A stretch of 64,000 nt of DNA, from the IMG/VR virus record IMGVR_UViG_2939020026_000003, positions 1 to 64,000 of that record, one strand, 5' to 3'. This DNA comes from a virus. Its lineage: Duplodnaviria; Caudoviricetes. The notes beneath the pieces were generated by a model that did no database searches, was not told the origin of the DNA, and was given only the letters and a program-made list of their open reading frames with translations. How positions within the stretch are numbered: the stretch's first letter is position 1; each line of letters opens with the position of its first letter. Positions 37,458 to 48,567 of this stretch are shown here, one piece after another. A program made the position numbers and the translations under genes.

Positions 37458-40400
37458 ATGGCCCTCACCTCACGCCTCGCTATTGAGGTAGATAGCCGCA
37501 GTGCAGAGCAGAAAGTGAACGATCTTCGTCGCTCGCTTGAGGCTCTGAATAGTGCTGGCGTCCGGACAGGCCCTGTCATGTCGGGGGCAGGTGGAGCTAT
37601 CAACGACGCCGGTCGAAGCTCGCGCTCAGCCGCCACTCAGGTACAAGGCCTGGACAGGACCGTTCGTTCTTTAGCTTCGGCTGCGGCTGGGCTTGCAGGG
37701 CCTTTGCTGGCAGCGTTCGCCACAAAGTCCCTGTATGACGCCAGTGAGGCTTACAGCACGCTGACAAACCGCATGAAACTGGTTACCAGCAACGCCACTG
37801 AGCTTGCCGCAGCGCAAAAGGCTGTTTTCTCGATCGCCCAGAGCGCATACCAGCCACTCACGGCAACCGCAGAGCTCTATCAACGCATCGCGACGAACCA
37901 GAAGGAATTGAAGCTAACAGGCGAGGGCGTAGCTGGTGTCGTTGGAACGATCAGTAAGACCTTGGCCATCTCTGGCGCGTCAGCTGCATCTGCCAACGCG
38001 GCCCTGATCCAGCTGGGCCAGGCCTTCGCGTCTGGCGTACTGCGAGGCGAAGAGCTGAACAGCGTAATGGAGCAGGCCCCGGCGCTGGCTCAGGCTATCG
38101 CAGCCGGTATGGGCAAGACAGTCGGCGAGCTTCGGTCGCTCGGCGCGGCAGGCCTTCTAACTGCTGATGCGGTTGTAAAGGCTTTACAGGCGCAGCGAGG
38201 GGCTGTGGATGCTCTTTTCGCGAGGACTTCAGCCACGATCGGCAACAGCCTCACAGCGCTGAGCAACTCGACTACCTCTTTCATAGGTCAGCTTGATCAG
38301 GCAACAGGATCTAGCGCGTCACTGGCGAAGAGCATTCTGTCACTTTCGAGTGCGATCGACGGCGGGCTTCCGGCTGCAATCAAGTTGGCCGCCGACAACT
38401 CCGAGGAGCTGGGGCAGGTTCTCACCACCGGTCTCTATGTTGCTCTTGCACGGGTTGCTGGCGGGTTTGCTCAGCAGGCCGCACAGGCTGGTTATGCAGC
38501 TGTGGCCAATCAAAAGGCATTGACTGTTTCAGCGGCCACGGCTACCCAGGATCTCGCTGCCGCCAAGTCAAAACAGGTGGACGCCAAGGCCGCAGTCGAC
38601 CGAGCAAACGCACAGGTAGCATCAGCTCGGCGACAGGTTGCCGCGGATAGAGAGGTGATGGCTTCCGAGCTAAACAGAACCAAATCAGTTCAGGCAGCGC
38701 TAGTCGCTGAAAGAGAGATAGAGGTGCAGCGCCTGAAGGCTCAGATCTCTGATCAGGGCCGGGCTGCATCACTCAATCGCCTGGCAGAGCTGAGCCGCAC
38801 GCATGTAGTAGTGACAAATCAAGTGAATGCTGCGGAAAAAGCTTTGGCGGCCACTACGGTATCTTCGTCTGCAACCATGGTTGCAGCATATAAAGCCAGA
38901 ACAGAAGCTCGCACAGCCTTCGCCGCAGAAACTACAGTTGTCAATGCGTTAACGGTCGCATCCAACAACGCTGCAGCTGCGGCAAGCTTGACGTCCAGAG
39001 CGCTTGGAGCGTTGAGTGCGGCAGGCACCGGCTTATTAGGCATGCTTGGTGGCCCGCTCGGGTTGCTCTTCGTTGCTGGCGCTGTCGCTGTGTCCTTCAT
39101 GGATTTCCGCAGCAGCAGCGACAAGGTGAATGAGGGGCTACAGAATCTGAAGGGGCCGCTTGATGATGTTATTGCCCGATTCAAGCAACTCACCAAAGAT
39201 CAGCAAGCGGCAGCGCTGGTTAAGTGGGGAGAAACCCAGGCCGAGGCGGCCAAGGCAGCAAACGAGGAATTTAAAAATCTCAACAAAAGCTTGCAGGCCG
39301 GTCTGGTAGGACCAAGATCAAGCGCTGCAGGCACAAAGATATTCAGCGACTACTCGGCACAGATCGCCTCAGCAAGAGAAGCGGGCGAGAGCTTGACGCC
39401 GATTTTCGAGAAGCTGCGCAGTGAGCCCGGGGTACCGGAAAGCCTGATAAACAGCCTTGTCAAATCGGCGGGCGCTTATTCCGGCTTATCGGCTTCGGCA
39501 AAAGAGGCGAAGGACAGAATCGCAGCGCTCAAAACGGAATCGGCAAACGCCGCCACCACCGCTGCGCTGTCCACTGGCGCAACCAACGTAATGACTGGCG
39601 CAGGGAAGAAATACAATGACGAGCTTCAAAAGCAGCTCGGTAAGCTCCAAGACAACAACGATGCGGTAAAGGAGGCCAACCGCTATATCGCGGAGCACAA
39701 AGACCTTTCCGAGGCTGACAAGGTCGCCATTCTGTCCACGGCAAATGCGCTGAAATCACAGGAGGCGGCAAACAAGGCTGCGGCCAAAGCGACCCGAGAG
39801 GCCGGCAAGGCGTACACAGAAAGCGCCGGCACGAAGGCTCTTGACGATGCTCGGAAGCAGTATGCCGTTCTCGGTGAGCAGTCGGCGATCATCAAAGCCC
39901 AAAGGGGTGACACTGAAAAGCTTGGAGCAGCGGCAACCGAGCTCATCAAGTGGGAGCAGCAGCTCGCCAACATCAAGAGCAAGCAAACCCTGACCGCCGA
40001 CCAGAAGTCATTGGTGGCGAATCAGGACTTGGTCACGGCTCAATTGCGCCGCAACGCTGCCCTGGAAAAAGAGAACCAGCTCAGCATCACCCGACTGGAA
40101 AACGAGTCGAAGCTCAAAGCTTTCCGGGAAAACCTCGACTCACAGCTTGGTCTTGCAAAAGATGGACTGGACAGCGACCTGGCAGGCGCTGGTCTCGGGG
40201 ATCAGGCCCGGCAGCGCCTCCAAGACGACCTCAAGATACGCCAGTCGTATCAAAAGGACCTGGACAAGCTCAGTCGCGACTACAACAAGATCACGAACCC
40301 AACCTCAGCTGATACGTCGCTTTACCAGAACGAGACGAACGCGCTCAACGCTGCATTGCAGACCCGCCTGGCCATGCAGCGCCAGTACTACACGGATGTA

Positions 40401-41132
40401 GATCGGGCCCAATCCGATTGGACGCTGGGTGCCAGTTCGGCGCTTGAGAACTACCTCGAGCAGTCGCGCGACGTGGCCGGGCAGACCAAGCAGCTGTTCA
40501 CCAACGGTTTCAGCAACATGGAGGATGCGGTCGTGAACTTCGTGAAAACCGGGAAGCTGTCCTTCAAGGACTTCGCCAACGGTGTGATCGAGGATCTGAT
40601 CCGCATCCAGGTGCGGCAGGCGGCGGCGGGTTTCCTCAGCACGGCATTCAGCGCCCTGTCGGGTGTTGGTTCTGGTGCTGCTGCCACATCGTCATCGGCG
40701 CTTGGCGCGTCGGCGGCAGGGTACGGCTCCAAATACGGCTTCTCCGACGGTGGCTATACCGGTGACGGCGGCAAGTTCCAGCCGAAAGGCGTCGTGCACG
40801 GCGGCGAGTTTGTCGTGAAAAAGGAAGTAGTCAGCCAGCCCGGCGCGCGTGAGTTCCTGGAACGCATGAATGCCAATACCAAGGGTTACGCCGACGGCGG
40901 GTATGTCGGCAGCTCGGCAGTCGCGGCAAAAGGATCTTCGCAGTCCACAGGTTCGTCGCCGTCAAATGTGCCGCCAATCACCCAATACATCACTGTGGGC
41001 GGAAATGTCGACGCAGCCACGAAAGAGGATGTGACCCGATCCACCTACGACGGTGCGAAAGCGGCATACGACATGGTGCTTAACGACTTCAAACGAAACG
41101 GACCCATCCGCCAGCTCGCAGCCAGGCGCTAA
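37458..41132 (+). CDS. Tail tape measure protein (1224 aa)
   Basis: LRGEELNSVMEQAP, Ala-rich helical repeats, GGYTGDGGKFQPKGVVHGGEFV. Confidence 0.95.
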   Translation: MALTSRLAIEVDSRSAEQKVNDLRRSLEALNSAGVRTGPVMSGAGGAINDAGRSSRSAATQVQGLDRTVRSLASAAAGLAGPLLAAFATKSLYDASEAYSTLTNRMKLVTSNATELAAAQKAVFSIAQSAYQPLTATAELYQRIATNQKELKLTGEGVAGVVGTISKTLAISGASAASANAALIQLGQAFASGVLRGEELNSVMEQAPALAQAIAAGMGKTVGELRSLGAAGLLTADAVVKALQAQRGAVDALFARTSATIGNSLTALSNSTTSFIGQLDQATGSSASLAKSILSLSSAIDGGLPAAIKLAADNSEELGQVLTTGLYVALARVAGGFAQQAAQAGYAAVANQKALTVSAATATQDLAAAKSKQVDAKAAVDRANAQVASARRQVAADREVMASELNRTKSVQAALVAEREIEVQRLKAQISDQGRAASLNRLAELSRTHVVVTNQVNAAEKALAATTVSSSATMVAAYKARTEARTAFAAETTVVNALTVASNNAAAAASLTSRALGALSAAGTGLLGMLGGPLGLLFVAGAVAVSFMDFRSSSDKVNEGLQNLKGPLDDVIARFKQLTKDQQAAALVKWGETQAEAAKAANEEFKNLNKSLQAGLVGPRSSAAGTKIFSDYSAQIASAREAGESLTPIFEKLRSEPGVPESLINSLVKSAGAYSGLSASAKEAKDRIAALKTESANAATTAALSTGATNVMTGAGKKYNDELQKQLGKLQDNNDAVKEANRYIAEHKDLSEADKVAILSTANALKSQEAANKAAAKATREAGKAYTESAGTKALDDARKQYAVLGEQSAIIKAQRGDTEKLGAAATELIKWEQQLANIKSKQTLTADQKSLVANQDLVTAQLRRNAALEKENQLSITRLENESKLKAFRENLDSQLGLAKDGLDSDLAGAGLGDQARQRLQDDLKIRQSYQKDLDKLSRDYNKITNPTSADTSLYQNETNALNAALQTRLAMQRQYYTDVDRAQSDWTLGASSALENYLEQSRDVAGQTKQLFTNGFSNMEDAVVNFVKTGKLSFKDFANGVIEDLIRIQVRQAAAGFLSTAFSALSGVGSGAAATSSSALGASAAGYGSKYGFSDGGYTGDGGKFQPKGVVHGGEFVVKKEVVSQPGAREFLERMNANTKGYADGGYVGSSAVAAKGSSQSTGSSPSNVPPITQYITVGGNVDAATKEDVTRSTYDGAKAAYDMVLNDFKRNGPIRQLAARR

Positions 41133-41149
41133 TCAATAAGGAGTAACGC

Positions 41150-41734
41150 ATGGCTCTCACGTGGCCTGCTTCGCTGCGCCCTTCAGAAATGAGCTGGGGC
41201 ATCGTCAACAACAGCCGGGCGTTCACGTCTTCGCTTTCGAATGCCCAGCAGATCGTTGGCTACCCCGGCGCGTACTGGCAGTGCACGCTGACCTTCGGCC
41301 TGCTCACGCGCGCTCAGGAGCGCGAGCTTTCATCGTTCCTCGGCAGGCTGGACGGCATGTTCGGAACGTTCAACCTGCCGGACTTCACTCGATATCGGAA
41401 AGTGAGTATCGGCGCGCTCAGCGTGGTCAGCGGTTTCGCCCAGGCGCGCAGCATGATCATTGCTGGCGCGCCGGCCAGTTCTCCAGTCTTCAGTGCGGGC
41501 GACTACATCACCATCGCGGGCGAGATGTTCGAGGTCACCGATCCGGTTTCGTCGAACGCCCAAGGCCAGGTCACGGTTCCGCTCAACAAGCGCATCCGGA
41601 AAACGCTCACGGCAGGGGCGGCGGTTGAATACATGAACCCCTACTCGGAAATGCGCATGACCTCTGACACATGGTCGATGACGCGCCGGCCAGTGGTCGC
41701 CAACGGCAGCTATCAATTCAGGGAGGCATTCTGA
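41150..41734 (+). CDS. Distal tail protein
   Basis: Position after the tape measure; WQCTLTF, FREAF. Confidence 0.75.
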   Translation: MALTWPASLRPSEMSWGIVNNSRAFTSSLSNAQQIVGYPGAYWQCTLTFGLLTRAQERELSSFLGRLDGMFGTFNLPDFTRYRKVSIGALSVVSGFAQARSMIIAGAPASSPVFSAGDYITIAGEMFEVTDPVSSNAQGQVTVPLNKRIRKTLTAGAAVEYMNPYSEMRMTSDTWSMTRRPVVANGSYQFREAF

Positions 41735-42336
41735 TGCCCTCAGCTTTCCCTTTCAGCCAGAAGGTGGTGGACATAATCGCTACTGGCAAATTCATGCCGG
41801 TGTACGCCGTGCAGCTGGACTTCGCAGACGGCATGGTGTTCGCCCACACGGGAACCGGTGAGCTGGTTGTCGACGGCATCACCTATGAAGGCGTGGGCAA
41901 TTTTGGCCAGGTCAGCCAGTCGCAGGAGAGCGACAACTCGGGTTCGCCCATGTCGGTGGACCTGACGTTGAGCGGGCTGGACTCCTACATCCTGTCCGAA
42001 ACCAACGTGCGCGGCTGCCGGGGCCGAATGGCTAAGGTCATCTTCGTGGTGTTCGACGAGGCTGGAAATTACGCCGCAGACATCCTGTTTTCCGGGCGGA
42101 TGGACGCCGCCAAGTTCTCGTTCGCAGGCAATGGCCAGGACGGCAACACCATTACCGTACCGGTCATAGACCGCATGGCCGAATGGAGCCGCACCGGCAC
42201 TGAGCGCTGGACGGACGAAAACCACCGCGCCCGGCACCAGGGCGACCGATTCTTCTACGCAATCGCGCAAATGTCCGAATGGCCCATCTACTGGGGGTCT
42301 GCCAAGGATGCGCCGACCTTCACCTACGGAAGTTAG
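41734..42336 (+). CDS. Minor tail protein
   Basis: YEGVG, FSGRMD, RWTDENH...GDRFF. Confidence 0.8.
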   Translation: MPSAFPFSQKVVDIIATGKFMPVYAVQLDFADGMVFAHTGTGELVVDGITYEGVGNFGQVSQSQESDNSGSPMSVDLTLSGLDSYILSETNVRGCRGRMAKVIFVVFDEAGNYAADILFSGRMDAAKFSFAGNGQDGNTITVPVIDRMAEWSRTGTERWTDENHRARHQGDRFFYAIAQMSEWPIYWGSAKDAPTFTYGS

Positions 42337-42338
42337 AT

Positions 42339-42737
42339 ATGCGCAATCGAGACTGGACCACACGTCTGCACGAAGTAATCAAGGCTGCCCAAGGGCGGCC
42401 TTTTTTGTGGGGCGAATTTGACTGTTGTCTGTTCGCCGCCGACTGCTCGAGCGCCGTGTGCGGTGTGGATCCCGCAGAGCAATACCGGGGCACCTACAAA
42501 ACCGAGGCTGGTGCCAAACGTGCGCTGAAGAAGCGTCACGGCAGCCTGGAAGCTGCATGGGATGCGTGCTTTGTAAGGGTAGCTGTTCCGTTCATCCAGC
42601 GCGGCGATGTCGTGATGTACGAAGCGCCGACAGGTCGAAGCATGGCTGTGTACTGGGCCGGTGATTATTGGGCGACGACCGATGACGGCGTTGCTCGCGT
42701 TGTGTGCGAGCCGCTTGCGGTGTGGAGGGTTGAGTAA
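42339..42737 (+). CDS. NlpC/P60-like tail assembly protein
   Basis: FLWGEFDCCLFAAD, QRGDVV. Confidence 0.8.
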   Translation: MRNRDWTTRLHEVIKAAQGRPFLWGEFDCCLFAADCSSAVCGVDPAEQYRGTYKTEAGAKRALKKRHGSLEAAWDACFVRVAVPFIQRGDVVMYEAPTGRSMAVYWAGDYWATTDDGVARVVCEPLAVWRVE

Positions 42738-45700
42738 TGCCAAGTGGCGTAAAGAAAATTGCTCAGGTCGCCGTCGGTGCTGTCGTTGGCTTCGCTCAAG
42801 GCGGCCCATGGGGCGCTGTTGCTGGTGCAGCACTCGCTTTTTATGCATCTGAGCAACAGGAAAAGCTCAACACCAAATCCCCACTCCGCGACAACGAGCC
42901 CTCCGCACAGACCGTGCGCTCATCGAAAGCCCCAGTCCGTTTCATCCTTGGCCGTGTTTCCACTGGTGGCGTGCTGGTCTGGGCTCAGGAGCAATCCGGG
43001 ACCGCAACCGAGGGCGAGCTGCTGCACCTTGTCTACGTGCTGTGTGAAGGCGCGATCGATGGCTTGGAGAATATTTACTTGGGAGAGGAAGAAATCGGCT
43101 CGTTCGGTGAGTTCGCCAGCTATGAGCTGATCGTCAATCCGACAGAGGTGAACGCATTCCTCAAGGCCAACTGCCCAGATTGGAAGGACAGCCAGATCGG
43201 GCGTGGCCTGTCGTTCGTGCGCATAACCCTGAAGTACAGCGCCGAGAAGTTCCCTTCTGGCATCCCTGACACCCGCTTTGTGGTCCGTGGCCGGAATGAC
43301 ATTTACGACCCGCGCACCGGCAACAACATCTACACCGCCAATACCGCACTGCACATCCTCTGGTTTCTGCGTAACCGCTGCAACGTGCCGGACGACGAGA
43401 TCATTTTCGAGACATTCGCCAGTGCAGCAAACGTCTGCGATGAAACGCTGACCAATGCCGACGGTTCTGTCAGCCAGCGCTACCGTACCTCCTGCGTGAT
43501 TGGTGCTGACGAGCAGCGCCCGGGCGTGCTGCAGAAGCTGGAAGCGTCATGCGCGGGCAAGCTGATCCGCGTCGGCGGCCGCTGGATGCTCCAGGCCGGG
43601 GCCTACTACGGCCCGTATGACTTCGAAATCACCGAAGACATGATCATCGGCACTGTATCCGGCAGCACCGAGTCGACCAACGATTCCGCAATCAACACGG
43701 TGCGCGGCACGTTCATTGATCCTGAGCAGTCGTGGACCGAGACGGATTACCCAGAGGTCAGCGTTTCTGAATGGATCCTTGAGGACGGTGGCGAAGCTGC
43801 AGAGACGATGACGTTCTCGTATGTGACCGACGCTTATCAGCCGCAGCGCCTAGCGAACATCTCCTTGCGCCAGCGCCGGGCTGGCGGGGCAATCAGCCTG
43901 CCGATGAACTTCTCGGGCTACAACTGCCGGCCTGGCCGCGTCGTGCGCGTGAACCTGCCATCACTGAACATCCTTGGCGAGTTCATCGTCTCTGATTGGT
44001 CGATGGGTGACAACGAAGGCTGCACGGTTCAGGTCAAGCAATACGAGGCGGCAATCTTCGATGACGCCGTGGGCCAGCCTTACAACCCGCTGGGATTCAT
44101 CAGCCTGCCAAGCGGCGGACTTGGGTCGCCCACCGGGCTTGCGTGGGCAGCTGGCGATGCTGCCGAGGTGGTGCAGGGCGTGCTGTCTTGGGTTCCACCG
44201 CAGGGTATCGTCACCTCGTATGTGGTAACGGTCCGCCAAGGAGGCGGTGTCGCGCAGTCACGCTCGGTGCCCGCGACGGCCAACACGCTTGCCATCAACG
44301 GATTGGCGTCGGGCACATACACAATGAGTGTGGCTGCTCTGGGGCCTATGGCTCGTTCCGGAGAGTCCTCTATATCGGTGAGCATTCAGGGGCCGCCTAT
44401 ACCTGAATCCTGCGTCGTGCAGTCCTCGATTGACAGCATTGTGCTGATCCCGCAGAACCCGAACCACGGCTTGAATGGAGGGACCTACGAGTACTTTTTC
44501 AGCACCAACCCAAATTCAACATCGGGCACGGCGCAGTACCTGGGGCAGGGCCTGTCGTTCACTCACAACGATTTGGCGTTTTACACAAACTATTACTACT
44601 TCATCCGCTCGACCAACGCATACGGGAAGAGCGCCTTCCTTTATGTGCCCGCGGCGACTTCAAACGATGTTTCGGCTTATCTGGCTGCCCTCGGTGGGAA
44701 GATCGGCAAGACCGAGCTTGCGCAGAACCTGCTTTCAGAGATTGAGCTGATCAGTGGCGACGGACCTGGATCAGTCAATGAGCGCCTTGGAGAACTGAAG
44801 GCCGAGATCGGAGAAATCACCGACGCTCTGGTCTACGTGCCCACCGATGCCTACATGCGCGACAACACTGTGCGCGTGGGTGACAACCTTTGGACGGCCA
44901 TTGCGGCAGTGCCCGCGAAGGCCGACGGGTCCAACGGTCCGCCGAACCCGGCGTACTGGGTGAACTCTGGGCAATCGATCCGGGCAGCCAACGCCGCGGT
45001 GGCGCAGATTACGAAGAACACCGCCGATATCGAGACGGTGGACGGCAAGACCAGCGTTACCGCCAGCCAGCTCCAGGCGGTGCAGGCTCAATACCGCGCT
45101 GACAGCGGGGAGGGTGATCTGCTCGACGCAATTCGTGGCTGGGATAGCGCGGCCAGCGCAGCACAGGAAGTGAAGGTCAGGGCCGAAGAGGACTTTGCTC
45201 AGGCGCAGCGCACGACGACTCTTCAGGCGCGGGTAGGCACCAACGAAGCAAGGATTACTACAGTTGAAACGACTACCGCCACGGATAGAGAGACGACGGC
45301 TCAGCAGATATCTACGCTTACAGCGTCTGTAGGCACGAACCAGGCGGCCATTCAGTCCGAGGCTACCGCTAGGGCTAACGCAGACGGCGCGCTGACCACG
45401 CGAGTAGATGGGATTCAGTCGACGGCAAACGGCGCATCTGCTCAAGCTCAAACAGCAAGCACTGCCGTATCTGGGCTGAACGGAAAGGTATCCGCGCTCA
45501 CAACCATAAAAACGTCCACTACCGTGGGCGGAAGAACGGTTATGGCTGGCCTCGCTATCGGCGTTGAAGGACAGCAGCAGGAGTCGCAAATTCTGGCGTA
45601 TGCCCAGCGCTTCGCAATTCTTGATGAGTCGAGCGGTACCCTAATTTTTCCGTTCGTTGTTCAGGGAGGGAAGGTAATTATTGATTCGGCCATTATTGGG

Positions 45701-45916
45701 AATGCATCCATTGGTGTTGCCCAGCTTACGCAGAGCCTTCAGTCCAGCAATTACATCGCAGGCCAGCAAGGACTAAAGATCAATTTCTTGACGGGAGAAT
45801 TCGAGTTCAATAGTGCAACTGGTGACGGCGGCCGACAAACCATAAACAACGCCGGGGGCAAGGTCTTTGACCAAAACGGCGTGAAGCGCTACCAGTGGGG
45901 GAACCTGGCTGTATGA
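42737..45916 (+). CDS. Central tail fibre / tip attachment protein J
   Basis: 1059 aa; FN3-like repeats, coiled coil, DUF1983-like C-terminus. Confidence 0.92.
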   Translation: MPSGVKKIAQVAVGAVVGFAQGGPWGAVAGAALAFYASEQQEKLNTKSPLRDNEPSAQTVRSSKAPVRFILGRVSTGGVLVWAQEQSGTATEGELLHLVYVLCEGAIDGLENIYLGEEEIGSFGEFASYELIVNPTEVNAFLKANCPDWKDSQIGRGLSFVRITLKYSAEKFPSGIPDTRFVVRGRNDIYDPRTGNNIYTANTALHILWFLRNRCNVPDDEIIFETFASAANVCDETLTNADGSVSQRYRTSCVIGADEQRPGVLQKLEASCAGKLIRVGGRWMLQAGAYYGPYDFEITEDMIIGTVSGSTESTNDSAINTVRGTFIDPEQSWTETDYPEVSVSEWILEDGGEAAETMTFSYVTDAYQPQRLANISLRQRRAGGAISLPMNFSGYNCRPGRVVRVNLPSLNILGEFIVSDWSMGDNEGCTVQVKQYEAAIFDDAVGQPYNPLGFISLPSGGLGSPTGLAWAAGDAAEVVQGVLSWVPPQGIVTSYVVTVRQGGGVAQSRSVPATANTLAINGLASGTYTMSVAALGPMARSGESSISVSIQGPPIPESCVVQSSIDSIVLIPQNPNHGLNGGTYEYFFSTNPNSTSGTAQYLGQGLSFTHNDLAFYTNYYYFIRSTNAYGKSAFLYVPAATSNDVSAYLAALGGKIGKTELAQNLLSEIELISGDGPGSVNERLGELKAEIGEITDALVYVPTDAYMRDNTVRVGDNLWTAIAAVPAKADGSNGPPNPAYWVNSGQSIRAANAAVAQITKNTADIETVDGKTSVTASQLQAVQAQYRADSGEGDLLDAIRGWDSAASAAQEVKVRAEEDFAQAQRTTTLQARVGTNEARITTVETTTATDRETTAQQISTLTASVGTNQAAIQSEATARANADGALTTRVDGIQSTANGASAQAQTASTAVSGLNGKVSALTTIKTSTTVGGRTVMAGLAIGVEGQQQESQILAYAQRFAILDESSGTLIFPFVVQGGKVIIDSAIIGNASIGVAQLTQSLQSSNYIAGQQGLKINFLTGEFEFNSATGDGGRQTINNAGGKVFDQNGVKRYQWGNLAV

Positions 45917-46281
45917 GTTACGGATCCAGAGATTGGGACGAAAACGGGAACTTGGTTAGGGATACGACCACGTTCACTTATCAGGTGATTTGGCAGGGGG
46001 CTATTGATTTCAGTGATACCTCCGGATCAACGGCAAAGGTAATCACGCTAAGCATCCCTGGCTTTGATCCGGCGAACTGCGTCTTCATGGTCATCCCCAC
46101 AAGGGCGCAGGACATTCAGTCAGCTGAAGGCGATACCCTCGGAAACATTAAGTCCTACCCCTACGTGACCACATCGGCTGGCCAGGTAGTTCTTAGGTCA
46201 GCCAACCCGTCAGCCAATCTCGGCAACACCAACCAGACGCGCATTGTCGCGAAAGGCTTCGCGGTGAGGTTCAAAACATGA
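45913..46281 (+). CDS. Tail-tip accessory protein
   Basis: MSYG..WDENG motif typical of post-J genes. Confidence 0.75.
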   Translation: MSYGSRDWDENGNLVRDTTTFTYQVIWQGAIDFSDTSGSTAKVITLSIPGFDPANCVFMVIPTRAQDIQSAEGDTLGNIKSYPYVTTSAGQVVLRSANPSANLGNTNQTRIVAKGFAVRFKT

Positions 46282-46940
46282 GCTTTGGTGTTATCAGCAT
46301 AAATGACAGCTCTTTCGTTCAGATTGATTCGGAAACACCTCGGCTTTGCGTGCTCACGAAGGGTAGCTATTCCGGCACTACAGACGCCAGCGTAACTTTT
46401 CCGCGCGCGGTAACAAGCGCTGATCCGCCGCTGGTGTTCATCAGGCCTGATCAAAACGGCATCGTTCAGGTACCGATATCGGTTTGGTTCGCGGGCGGGC
46501 CGGGGAACTGGACAGGCTTCTCAATGAAGGCTTCAAACGTCCAGAGCACGCTGAGCGGCCAATACTTCATTGCTGCATGGGCATCAATGGGTACGGCATT
46601 GTTTGGTGCGCGAATATGGGGCCCGGGAAGCGAGCTCGTATATGACAGCGGGGCACCGCCAGTTGTCGTTACGTTTGCAGCTGGCAATTGGACGTACGTA
46701 GGTAGCGAACAGCTTAGCGTTGGGCGGCGTTATAAGTGGAGCATCGACAAGCTTCTGGGGAGCGGTGAGTTTATATCCATAAACTCTTTTGCTATGCATT
46801 GCCACAATGGCGCAAATGGCGGTAGTTGTGGAATAGCAGTGGATTATGCGAACTCTAAAATTATGCTTTATAGCCTCGCAACTACGGCATGGACAGATCA
46901 AGGTCACCGTCCGTTTCTCTGCGCAAAACTAACCGCCTGA
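46278..46940 (+). CDS. Tail-tip accessory / receptor-binding protein
   Basis: MSFG...QIDSE, PLVFIRP, LVYDSG. Confidence 0.75.
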   Translation: MSFGVISINDSSFVQIDSETPRLCVLTKGSYSGTTDASVTFPRAVTSADPPLVFIRPDQNGIVQVPISVWFAGGPGNWTGFSMKASNVQSTLSGQYFIAAWASMGTALFGARIWGPGSELVYDSGAPPVVVTFAAGNWTYVGSEQLSVGRRYKWSIDKLLGSGEFISINSFAMHCHNGANGGSCGIAVDYANSKIMLYSLATTAWTDQGHRPFLCAKLTA

Positions 46941-46969
46941 ATCAAGGCGTTTTAAATTAGGAGTTTTAA

Positions 46970-48508
46970 ATGCCTTGGCATAAAGCTGGGACGGTTTCCG
47001 TTACCCAAAATTCGAACGCCGTTATCGGCACCAATACTGCTTTCATCGCAAACATTCGGGTTGGCGATGGTTTCCGGGGGCCAGACGGCGGGTGGTATGA
47101 AGTAACGAATGTTGCCAGCGACACGGCCATTTCGATCTCGCCAAACTATCAGGGCGCAACCAGCGGCGCTGGCGGTTACGCTATCGCGCCACTCCAGGGC
47201 TACGTCAAGGAATCCGCGGACCGGCTGCGCGCTCTTGTATTGCAATATGGCGACAAGCTCGCAGCGCTGGGAACGACTGGCAACTACGACATATTGCCGG
47301 TGGCGAAGGGCGGGACGGGCGCAAATAGCGCCGACAATGCTGTCTCCAGCCTTGGTTTTATGGCAGGCACCATGTACCCGAAGTTCGGCGGCGCAGGGTT
47401 CGCTGCTTCTGTGGGCGGTTACAACCTGCAAGGCGGTTACATTGGCTGGAACACAGGCGGCACTTCAATCTCAGGCGCGATGAATTTTATTTGCAATAGG
47501 GGCAACGGTTCAGGTGGTTTTACTTGGAGTTCTGTAAACGGGGATAATACTCAGCAAGGCCCAGCGATGACACTGACCTATAGCGGGGCTTTGTCCGTAC
47601 CTACTTCGTTATCCGTCCCAGTTGCTACAGTTAGCACTTCTATTACTGCTCCGCTTGCTACAATTACAAACATAACCGCGACTAGTTTGTCAGTTTCTAA
47701 AATTGATAACCTAGCTAATTTAACTTCGCCGATAACTATTAGTCCGACTTCTTCTAACGGATCACAATTCGGTTCGTCTCTAATAATTCGTGGCGCACCA
47801 TTAGTAAACAGTTGGGCGAGAACTGATTTAATTAATACGCAAGTATCAGGAAGTTTTATTACGTACTTAGATTCTACGGGACTTGCGGCTTTACGCAATG
47901 AGGCAGGAGGGGCAATTGAGTTTTGGACTGGCGGGACGCGGCGTTTATTTATCGGCGCAGGCGGCGTAACCCAACCCGGTCAAGATGCGGCTTACTCGGT
48001 AGGTAGCGCGTCTCTTCGATACACCACTGCATTCTTGTCTTCCGGCGCTATCAGCACTTCAGACGCTCGCGAGAAAACACCTGTTCGAGGGATGTCCGAA
48101 AGCGAGATCGCAGCGGCAAAGGATCTGGCCAAGGAAATCGGCTTTTACCAGTTCCTCAGCGCTGTAGAGGAAAAGGGCGCGGACGCCCGTCAGCATTGCG
48201 GTATGACGGTACAGCGAGCCATTGAGGTAATGCGGTCGCATGGCCTTGAGCCAATGAATTACTCGTTCATCTGCCATAACGAATGGGAGCAAGAGACCAG
48301 GGAGCACCCTGCACAGTACGAGCAGACGCCCGTTTTTGACGCCGAGTCAGGTGAGACGACTTACGAAAAAGGTGACTTGAAGTCTGAGGCGTGGACTGAG
48401 GTACTTATTGAGAAGGGCGACCGATACTCGTTCCGGTCTGATGGCTTACTTACCTTCATTGCATCAGGTTTCGAAGCGCGGCTTGCAGCGCTTGAAGCAA
48501 AAGTCTGA
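46970..48508 (+). CDS. Side tail fibre with C-terminal intramolecular chaperone (S74)
   Basis: WHKAGTVSVT anchor, LPVAKGGTG, TSDAREKT cleavage motif. Confidence 0.9.
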   Translation: MPWHKAGTVSVTQNSNAVIGTNTAFIANIRVGDGFRGPDGGWYEVTNVASDTAISISPNYQGATSGAGGYAIAPLQGYVKESADRLRALVLQYGDKLAALGTTGNYDILPVAKGGTGANSADNAVSSLGFMAGTMYPKFGGAGFAASVGGYNLQGGYIGWNTGGTSISGAMNFICNRGNGSGGFTWSSVNGDNTQQGPAMTLTYSGALSVPTSLSVPVATVSTSITAPLATITNITATSLSVSKIDNLANLTSPITISPTSSNGSQFGSSLIIRGAPLVNSWARTDLINTQVSGSFITYLDSTGLAALRNEAGGAIEFWTGGTRRLFIGAGGVTQPGQDAAYSVGSASLRYTTAFLSSGAISTSDAREKTPVRGMSESEIAAAKDLAKEIGFYQFLSAVEEKGADARQHCGMTVQRAIEVMRSHGLEPMNYSFICHNEWEQETREHPAQYEQTPVFDAESGETTYEKGDLKSEAWTEVLIEKGDRYSFRSDGLLTFIASGFEARLAALEAKV

Positions 48509-48567
48509 GCAACCTGACACACAGAACCCCGCTATCAAGCGGGTATTTTTTTGCCTGGAGAAACCAC

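Noticed and set aside
47784-47798. Fifth copy of the dispersed GCGCCAC-N21-GTGGCGC site
   Set aside because: Only a partial half-site (AATTCGTGGCGCAC); no partner 21 bp away
46970-48508. Diversity-generating retroelement or invertible tail-fibre system
   Set aside because: No reverse transcriptase, invertase or TR/VR repeat pair seen
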